In this document: piece after piece, positions 14,251-20,000 of the stretch
How positions within the stretch are numbered: position 1 is the stretch's first letter
How the letters are laid out: the number at the start of each line of letters is the position of its first letter
Virus record (IMG/VR): IMGVR_UViG_3300026549_002537
Reading direction: 5' to 3' (one strand)
DNA: 20,000 bases
Source of the DNA: an uncultured virus (IMG/VR IMGVR_UViG_3300026549_002537)
Taxonomy: Duplodnaviria; Heunggongvirae; Uroviricota; Caudoviricetes
The notes under the pieces: model-generated
Told to the model about the DNA's origin: nothing
What the model saw: the letters and a program-made list of their open reading frames with translations, nothing else
Database searches by the model: none
Made by a program: the position numbers and the translations under genes

Positions 14251-15006
14251 TCAGTACGGTTCTTTGGATAGGTCGAGCGTCATGCCTGCATTGGCAGCGT
14301 ACACGCACTTTCCCGTCAGCTCTGAGACCTCACGGACAAAACGCTTCTCGTCTGAGTTTCCGTCGGAGAGGTGAATCAGGATGATGTTGCTTACGTCCGA
14401 GAGGTCATTGTCCTGTAGTATGAGCTTGGTGGTACCAATCTCCATGTGGGATTTCAGCAGACGGGGGCGCATAGCCGGGGGAACGCTGCCGTTCTCAATA
14501 TTCCTGGTCAGAATGTCGTCGGCATAGTTCGCCTCAATCATGATGTGGTTCATGCGAGGCACAACCATGTCAAGCGTCATGGTGTCGGTGACGAACAGGA
14601 TCCTTCCGCTTTCGGGATGGTCAATGACAAAACCGAGGCATCCGCATCTTGTGCCGTCATTGTTGGAATGATTGAGGGCAATCGGCATTATCTTGAAGTC
14701 GCCAACCTTGATGCCGTGCAGCGGCTCGATGGCCCGAGTGAATGGAGCACCGAGCAGCTGCTTGGCTTCAAGTGTCTCAGAGAGTGCCAGAACCAGTACC
14801 CCGGAAGCGGCCAGTTCGCCGATGTACTTGGCGTGGTCATTGTGATGGTGGCTGATGATTGCCCCTACAATGCCGTTTATATTGAATCTGAGAGCCTTTT
14901 TCACTTCCAGAAACCTTACACCTGCCTCTACTATCAGAGAGCCGCTGGCGGCCTCCAAAACGTAGCAGTTGCCAAGTGAGTTGCTTCCAAGGATATGCAG
15001 TTTCAT
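14251..15006 (-). CDS. MBL-fold metallo-hydrolase (YycJ-like; probable exonuclease partner of RecT)
   Basis: 'LGSNSLGNCY', 'SHHHNDH', 'FVTDT', 'IEANY', 'SHM', 'LIHLSDGNS'. Confidence 0.9.
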   Translation of the reverse strand: MKLHILGSNSLGNCYVLEAASGSLIVEAGVRFLEVKKALRFNINGIVGAIISHHHNDHAKYIGELAASGVLVLALSETLEAKQLLGAPFTRAIEPLHGIKVGDFKIMPIALNHSNNDGTRCGCLGFVIDHPESGRILFVTDTMTLDMVVPRMNHIMIEANYADDILTRNIENGSVPPAMRPRLLKSHMEIGTTKLILQDNDLSDVSNIILIHLSDGNSDEKRFVREVSELTGKCVYAANAGMTLDLSKEPY

Positions 15007-15025
15007 GCTGTCTGGCTTTTATGGG

Positions 15026-15964
15026 TTAATAACCTGGTTCGTCATCGTTCGCGGGAGCTGCAGGAGCAGGAGAAGGAGCGGATTCGGACTCTTGACCCTG
15101 CGACTGCTGAGTGGTGCCGCTGTTCGTGACGTCCTCATACTCCGCATCTTCGAGCTTGGTAGTAGAGCGGCCCTGCACCTCTGCGTCACGCTGACGCTGT
15201 GCGGTGTCCACATCATCCTCGTCTTGCTTGCCCTCATAGAGCCATGCGTCATCAGAGCTGTTGATGACCATCTTACAGGCACGGCCGATGACCGTCTTCT
15301 TACACATTTCGGCAGGGAAGTTCTTGTGTGCCGGACTCTGACCCTTGGTGGCTCCCTGGTTCCAAGCCTTCTTGATTTGGTCGATGGTCATGATAGTTAC
15401 CTCAGTTCTGCCATCCTCAAAGGTGGTGATGGCGTAAGCTGCCTTGATTTTGGCATCGTCGATGTTCTCAATCTTCTGGTCGTGCTTGATGACCTTCATG
15501 AGTCCTGTTTCTGGATCGATGGTGTACACGAACTCGTCGCCCTCATAGATGACGTTGGCGACTGGTTCACGCTTGATGCCGCCACCGACACGCTTTGCCA
15601 GTGCAACGGTGCCGAAATAGGAACGCTGGAACTCCAGCTTGTTTCCGTAGGCAATGAAGTAACCCTGATTCTTGCTCACGGCCATACCCTGCAGCACCAT
15701 GTCGAAAAGGGCGTTGGCAATGGATGCCTTTGTGCATACTTCCAGCACTGGCTTGTTGTTGCGGTCGAGGGTTTCTTGAAGAATGAGCCATGCTGACTTC
15801 ATGTTGTTCTCCACGGAATAGTTCTTCGGGAGAATCAGGCCTCCGTCCGCAGTGAACTTGTTTACTTTTTCGAGAACCTGATCTGAAATGTTCTCGTACT
15901 TGACTACAGCAGTCTGTTGCTGCTGTGTTCCCGGCTGGGCTGTTGTCGATTGATTCTGTGACAT
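15026..15964 (-). CDS. recT: RecT-family single-strand annealing recombinase
   Basis: 'CTKASIANAL.DMV.QG', 'QGYFIAYG..L.FQRSYFG', 'VIYEGDEF', 'AW.QG...H.NFP.EM.KKTVI.RACK' and an acidic tail. Confidence 0.9.
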   Translation of the reverse strand: MSQNQSTTAQPGTQQQQTAVVKYENISDQVLEKVNKFTADGGLILPKNYSVENNMKSAWLILQETLDRNNKPVLEVCTKASIANALFDMVLQGMAVSKNQGYFIAYGNKLEFQRSYFGTVALAKRVGGGIKREPVANVIYEGDEFVYTIDPETGLMKVIKHDQKIENIDDAKIKAAYAITTFEDGRTEVTIMTIDQIKKAWNQGATKGQSPAHKNFPAEMCKKTVIGRACKMVINSSDDAWLYEGKQDEDDVDTAQRQRDAEVQGRSTTKLEDAEYEDVTNSGTTQQSQGQESESAPSPAPAAPANDDEPGY

Positions 15965-15992
15965 ACAATCTTGAATTTAGGGTGAAACATTA

Positions 15993-17981
15993 TTATTGAA
16001 CTTTGAGCTTCGTACAGGAAGCGTCAACTATCAAATTGATTACCTGGGAGTCCACGTCTATGATATCTGTGGCCGACTCCCTGTTGTCGATGAAGATGGG
16101 GGCGTTTACCTCATTGGCCCGGCAGATGGCATTGATGATGTCAAGCCCGGCATTGATTTTCTCTGAGTTGGATAGTACGGAGTAGGGGGTGCCGTGCATC
16201 ATGCACTCGCAGGTCTCGACTTCGCCGCCGTTGATCTGTCGCTCGTACATCTTGAACTTGACGATGGAGAAAAGGCTGTTGATTTTGCCCTCTACCATGG
16301 CCACCTTCGCCTTGCCGAACTCCAAGATGTTGAACTCGATGCCTTCAAGCTCAGTCAGGGCCTCGTTGTTCTTCTTCAACTCTTTCTCCAGTTCCTCGAT
16401 GCGCTTCAACGTGGCGGCAATGGTATCACGCTTTGCCAGACGCTTGCGGTCATCCTCTATGCCTTCCAGCAGGAGGTTCTTTCCGTCGGTGAGGAAATCG
16501 GTATCTGGCTTCTCGATGGGCTTGGCGATCTCTGCCTCCAGTGCGGCAATCTCCTTGTCGATTTGCTGAAGCTCTGCATCTGAGGCAATGCCGGAGGTGA
16601 TATCTGGCTGAGTCGGTGCAGCCTCTGTGAAGGGCTTCTCGACGAGTGATGCCAGAAGGGCTTCTTTCTCCTTGATGACAGCCTCGGACTTGGCAATGCT
16701 CTCTTTCAGCTGGGCCACCTCAGCGGCAACCTTCTGGCCGTTGGTCTTATTCTCGGTGAGCAGGTGGGAGGTGTGAGCATTGTATGCCTGTCGCTGTTCC
16801 TCAATGCTTCGTTCAATCTGACTCTGCTCATAGGGACGGCCACAATGCGGGCAGACGGTTTCAAGGTTCTCTGGGTTGAACTCACGGGCCTTGATGCTGC
16901 GCCACTCGTCACGGAGTCTGTTAAGCCGCTGTTCGCGCTCGTTGATGTCACATTGTAGGCTGATGATGACTTCACGCTCACGTCTGATTTCAGACTCGGC
17001 CATCCTGCGGCGCTGGCTGGTGTCGAAGCTCTGCTGCTGTGCTGCAATGCGTCGGTTGTTGTAGTCCTCGGTCTGCTTATAGAAGTCTTTCAGCAGTTCG
17101 TCGCGGACGGCACCCTCACGGACGGCACGCTGGCGTTTCTTCTCGGCAAGTTCCTTGGCTTTAGAGGCTGTTTCCTGTGCCTTGGCCTGGTAAGCCTTGC
17201 CCTCGTCGGCAATCTGGCCGTCAAGCTCCTTAATCTTCGCCTCCTTCTCCTTGATGTCCTTTTCAAGGGCTGACCAGTCCTCGGCCTCCGGCATCTGGCG
17301 TTTGTTCTCGTCGATGCGTGCAGGGATGGTCTCGATGGCTTCCTTGATGCGCTTCTTCTTCGCTCCTATCTCACGCTTGTATTCATCCAGCGTCTTGTGG
17401 CTCAGCTGCTCGGCGAGGTTGGCGAACTTCTCCTGGTCACTGGCCGCTACGTCGGCATCTGTGAGGTCACCTGCCATCTGGAACAGCATACCGCGCTGTA
17501 TGGCTGGCTTCATGGATGGGAAATAAAGGGGGTTGGTAATGAGCTTGAAGATGCTCTCGTCGCAGATGTCAGCAATCTTCTTGGCAAATTCAGTCTTGCT
17601 GCAGGGTACATCGTTCCAGTAGCGTTCCTCGCTGTTGCCGTCATAGACTGCTTCCTGTGAGCCGCGTTTCTTGACCCAGTTCTCAACGAAGCAGCGTTTA
17701 AGATTGATTTCAACACCGTTAACCTCGATGCAGGCAGAAACCTCATGCGGCAGCTTCGGGATGATGTTGTTGTTCTCGTCATAGGTTCTGATGCCGAAGT
17801 TCTGGCGATCCTGGCTGTCCTTGTCGAACATGAGCCATACAAAGGCATCGAATAGGGTGGTCTTTCCTGTGTGGTTCGCTCCGTAGATGTTGGTCTCATG
17901 CTCGTCGAAGTCCACCGTCAGCTCCCGTACACCCTTGAAGTTAAGGAGCGACATTTGTCTGATAATGATGCTTTTATTCAT
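15993..17981 (-). CDS. Rad50/SbcC-like coiled-coil ABC-type ATPase
   Basis: 'L.NFKG', Walker A 'GANHTGKTT', long coiled coils with a central CPHC zinc hook, signature 'LSNSEK', Walker B 'PIFIDNRES'. Confidence 0.9.
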   Translation of the reverse strand: MNKSIIIRQMSLLNFKGVRELTVDFDEHETNIYGANHTGKTTLFDAFVWLMFDKDSQDRQNFGIRTYDENNNIIPKLPHEVSACIEVNGVEINLKRCFVENWVKKRGSQEAVYDGNSEERYWNDVPCSKTEFAKKIADICDESIFKLITNPLYFPSMKPAIQRGMLFQMAGDLTDADVAASDQEKFANLAEQLSHKTLDEYKREIGAKKKRIKEAIETIPARIDENKRQMPEAEDWSALEKDIKEKEAKIKELDGQIADEGKAYQAKAQETASKAKELAEKKRQRAVREGAVRDELLKDFYKQTEDYNNRRIAAQQQSFDTSQRRRMAESEIRREREVIISLQCDINEREQRLNRLRDEWRSIKAREFNPENLETVCPHCGRPYEQSQIERSIEEQRQAYNAHTSHLLTENKTNGQKVAAEVAQLKESIAKSEAVIKEKEALLASLVEKPFTEAAPTQPDITSGIASDAELQQIDKEIAALEAEIAKPIEKPDTDFLTDGKNLLLEGIEDDRKRLAKRDTIAATLKRIEELEKELKKNNEALTELEGIEFNILEFGKAKVAMVEGKINSLFSIVKFKMYERQINGGEVETCECMMHGTPYSVLSNSEKINAGLDIINAICRANEVNAPIFIDNRESATDIIDVDSQVINLIVDASCTKLKVQ

Positions 17982-17989
17982 ACATACTA

Positions 17990-18283
17990 TTATTTATGAG
18001 TGAAACAATAAGTGTTCGCTTTCGATTCCGTGACGGCCTTTGTCTCTACCTTGTTTGTACGGAGCCAGTTTTCAATCTCCGTCTTGTCGAAGAAAATCTT
18101 GCCGCCAAGAGGTTTGTAGAATGGGATCGTCTTGTTGGAAGTCATGCGGTACAGATTGCCAACGGTGAAGCCAGTCATAAGGCTGACGTCCTCGATGGTG
18201 AGTATGTCCTTTGCTCCCATCAACACCAGACGCTCAATCTTGTCGAGCCGTTCATTGATTTGTAAGTATTCCTCGCTTGCCAT
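17990..18283 (-). CDS. Excisionase-like HTH (HTH_17) DNA-binding protein
   Basis: 'KDILTIEDVS..TG.....LYRMTS.K.IPFYKP.GGKIFFDK.EIENWL'. Confidence 0.88.
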   Translation of the reverse strand: MASEEYLQINERLDKIERLVLMGAKDILTIEDVSLMTGFTVGNLYRMTSNKTIPFYKPLGGKIFFDKTEIENWLRTNKVETKAVTESKANTYCFTHK

Positions 18284-18548
18284 GTTCCTGCTTTTTGTTT
18301 ACGGTGTTCAGCCTCCAGACCAGCAGCCCGGCAATGCCAATAAATAGCGCCGCCAACAGAAGGGAGCTGTCAGCAACGAGGGCACCTGCCATCATGAACA
18401 CCATGATGATGTTCACCAGCACTACCTCGCGTCTTGTCACGGGGCCGTCTTCACCCATTACTTGTGTTCCAAATTCGCTCTTCGCATCGAGCCATGCCTT
18501 GACAGCCGATACCCGCTGAGCGTAGCGGTTAGACAGATAATTCTTCAT
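18252..18548 (-). CDS. Small membrane protein (two predicted TM helices), 98 aa
   Basis: Start MKNYLSN after cro. Hydrophobic segments VVLVNIIMVFMMAGALVA and LLLAALFIGIAGLLVW. Confidence 0.7.
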   Translation of the reverse strand: MKNYLSNRYAQRVSAVKAWLDAKSEFGTQVMGEDGPVTRREVVLVNIIMVFMMAGALVADSSLLLAALFIGIAGLLVWRLNTVNKKQEHGKRGILTNQ

Positions 18549-18565
18549 ACCAGTATTGCGTTTTG

Positions 18566-18793
18566 TTAATCCTTTGTAGGGAAGAGAGTAGCCACAGGAA
18601 CATTCAGCTCCTTGGCGAGAACAGCTTGCGTCAGCGCATCGGGAATCTGTCGGCCAATGACCCACATCTTCACGGTAGCCTCGGACTTCTTAGTTACATC
18701 TGCCATGCGGCGGATGAACTCCTTTCTTGGGGTCGGTAAGGGTGGACGCTTGGCGTACCCCTCGTAAATCTCCTTGAATGACTTTGCTTCCAT
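18566..18793 (-). CDS. Cro-like HTH regulator
   Basis: 75 aa, 'FIRRMADVTKKSEATVKMWVIGRQIPD...LAKELNVPVATLFP'. First gene of the leftward operon, divergent from the CI-like gene. Confidence 0.8.
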   Translation of the reverse strand: MEAKSFKEIYEGYAKRPPLPTPRKEFIRRMADVTKKSEATVKMWVIGRQIPDALTQAVLAKELNVPVATLFPTKD

Positions 18794-18840
18794 TTTACGT
18801 TAAATTTCCTTTTTCTTAATTGTTTTCCGCACTTTTTGCG

Positions 18841-18848
18841 TATCTTTG
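18841..18848 (+). promoter_or_regulatory. -7 promoter element (TATCTTTG), probable repressor-gene promoter
   Basis: Exact TAnnTTTG match pointing toward the CI-like gene. Confidence 0.55.
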
Positions 18849-18879
18849 TCGCAACTTTCAAAGGTTGTCGGTGCAAAAT

Positions 18880-18896
18880 TCCGAAAAAAATTCGGA
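18880..18896. promoter_or_regulatory. Operator O1: TCCGAA-AAAAA-TTCGGA
   Basis: 17-bp palindrome in the cro/cI intergenic region. Confidence 0.8.
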
Positions 18897-18910
18897 TTAA
18901 CAAAATGTTT

Positions 18911-18927
18911 TCCGAAAAAAGTTCGGA
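18911..18927. promoter_or_regulatory. Operator O2: TCCGAA-AAAAG-TTCGGA
   Basis: Second copy, 31 bp (about three helical turns) from O1. Confidence 0.8.
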
Positions 18928-18958
18928 TTTCGTTGTAAATTTAACAAAATTTCAGATT

Positions 18959-19402
18959 ATGGAAGCAAAAGACCGATTAGAACAAGTGATTAGGTACATA
19001 AAGTGCCAGCATAACATCAATCAAGACGACATTATTGTTAGCCTTGGTTACAAGAAAGGTAGTACTCATCTTTCGGATATGTTGAGTGGAAGGAAAGAAA
19101 TATCCGAAAAGTTTTCGGAAAAACTGAAACAGGTGTATAAGGTCAATCCTGAGTACATCAGTAGTGGAGTAGGCGACATGTTCCTTTCAGACCAACCAGC
19201 CAAGGGTGATCAGTCTCAGGGTAATATGATGGTGAATGGCAATGTGTCCGGGAACGGCAACCATATTTCCCATAATGACTCAGACAATATCGCTGGAATG
19301 ATTGAACTCCAGAAGGGATATCAGGAGCTGTTGAAAAAGAGTCAGCAGCAGATCGACAGACTCATTGGAATCATAGAGAAAGGAGGAAAGGATGAGAGTT
19401 AG
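18959..19402 (+). CDS. CI-like XRE/HTH repressor without S24 peptidase domain, 147 aa
   Basis: 'INQDDIIVSLGY...THLSDMLSGRKEIS...VNPEYISSGVGDMF', then an N/G-rich linker and a C-terminal coiled coil (QELLKKSQQQIDRLIGIIEK). Confidence 0.8.
   Translation: MEAKDRLEQVIRYIKCQHNINQDDIIVSLGYKKGSTHLSDMLSGRKEISEKFSEKLKQVYKVNPEYISSGVGDMFLSDQPAKGDQSQGNMMVNGNVSGNGNHISHNDSDNIAGMIELQKGYQELLKKSQQQIDRLIGIIEKGGKDES
19103..19119. promoter_or_regulatory. Operator O3 inside the repressor gene: TCCGAA-AAGTT-TTCGGA
   Basis: Perfect half-sites with the same 5-bp spacer as O1 and O2. Confidence 0.7.
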
Positions 19403-19565
19403 GATTCAAGAGTTCGTTGATAAGTGGAAGATTGCTATTCCGCAGGATTTGTTCATCGACATGATGAAGGCTCAGCTAAATGACAAAACTTTCTTCCAAC
19501 TGAATGAGGAAGATTTCGACATCATCAAAACCAATTATAATAAGATTTATGGAAAAGTATTATGA
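19392..19565 (+). CDS. Hypothetical protein, 57 aa (not in ORF track)
   Basis: Manual translation MRVRIQEFVDKWKIAIPQDLFIDMMKAQLNDKTFFQLNEEDFDIIKTNYNKIYGKVL*. Overlaps both the repressor stop and the next start. Confidence 0.6.
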   Translation: MRVRIQEFVDKWKIAIPQDLFIDMMKAQLNDKTFFQLNEEDFDIIKTNYNKIYGKVL

Positions 19566-19722
19566 AATGGCTATTGCAGCCTTGATAGATTGCATAAAGA
19601 ACGGTACCAGCGACAAAGCTCTGGAAGAAGCCCAGTTCAACCTACAGAACGCCCTCGGTGAATCGGCAGAGGGTAAGACAGCGGAACTATTGGAGTCAAT
19701 TAAACAACTGAGGGGCTTATGA
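19549..19722 (+). CDS. Hypothetical protein, 57 aa
   Basis: MEKYYEMAIAALIDCIK...KQLRGL*. ATGA overlap with the next gene. Confidence 0.65.
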   Translation: MEKYYEMAIAALIDCIKNGTSDKALEEAQFNLQNALGESAEGKTAELLESIKQLRGL

Positions 19723-20000
19723 GCAAGAGACGTGCATACAAACAAGAGACCATCGACTGCCAGCAGCGGTTCTTCGACGTGCTGCAGATACTTCTCGATG
19801 GCGACAAGGTGCCTGGTGGATTGACTGGCTTCTGTGAGACATACGACATAGACAAGCGCCACCTGTACGAACAGAGAAAGGATATGGGTAAGGGTTATTT
19901 CGAGGTTGCCTGGATCCTTCCCCTTATCAAGTATTTCAAGGTCAATCCTACATGGCTCCTTCTCGGAACTGGAGAGCAGTTCAGGAAGAGGGCTATATAA
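19719..20000 (+). CDS. Second XRE-like HTH protein, 93 aa
   Basis: 'FCETYDIDKRHLY...VNPTWLLLGTGE.F' ends like phage repressor HTH domains. Stop TAA at 19998-20000. Confidence 0.75.
   Translation: MSKRRAYKQETIDCQQRFFDVLQILLDGDKVPGGLTGFCETYDIDKRHLYEQRKDMGKGYFEVAWILPLIKYFKVNPTWLLLGTGEQFRKRAI

Larger units (their letters stand above)
1..20000. mobile_element. Part of a Bacteroidales (Prevotella-like) temperate phage/prophage: immunity, recombination, replication and methylation modules plus accessory cargo
   Basis: Divergent cI/cro-like pair with operators, followed by xis-like HTH, RecT, initiator + DnaC-like ATPase, Rha antirepressor, phage methylases, SSB and VRR-NUC in lambdoid order. Bacteroidetes TAnnTTTG promoters are present. 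No integrase, att site or structural genes in the window. Confidence 0.9.

Noticed and set aside
18836..18958. Upstream extension of the repressor ORF (188 aa)
   Set aside because: Non-ATG start running through the promoter/operator region. ATG at 18959 after an AT-rich leader fits better.
1..20000. DGR reverse transcriptase, full template repeat, CRISPR array, tRNA/rRNA, integrase or att site
   Set aside because: No YxDD RT ORF, no full-length second copy of the VR, no repeat-spacer array and no RNA gene or recombinase recognised by eye in this window.

Overview
This window is the immunity/early/replication arm of a temperate phage (prophage) of a Bacteroidales host, most likely Prevotella-like, judged from the TAnnTTTG promoters and the DUF4248/HU-HIG and PcfJ/PcfK-type genes. 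At the right end is a lysis/lysogeny switch: a Cro-like gene faces away from a CI-like HTH repressor that has no peptidase domain, with three 17-bp TCCGAA-N5-TTCGGA operators. From there a tightly packed ~16.5 kb minus-strand gene run encodes an Xis-like HTH, a Rad50/SbcC-like ATPase, RecT, an MBL nuclease, a replication initiator plus DnaC-like loader, PcfK/PcfJ, three methyltransferase-family proteins, a Rha/KilAC antirepressor, DUF5131, an ASCH-like protein, SSB and VRR-NUC. The left end holds accessory cargo: a Panacea (DUF4065) antitoxin with a truncated probable toxin, DUF4248, an HU-HIG-type protein and a candidate small RNA. The most notable signals are (1) a DGR variable-region-like segment in a non-structural early gene (13541-13654), with no RT or TR in the window; (2) a promoter- and terminator-bounded candidate sRNA (~2108-2219) with short stretches complementary to both ends of that segment; (3) an RpoB-like domain in a phage protein; (4) several C-terminal QLSLF clamp-binding motifs; and (5) several helically phased repeat arrays. 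All family assignments come from motif recognition by eye, not from database searches.
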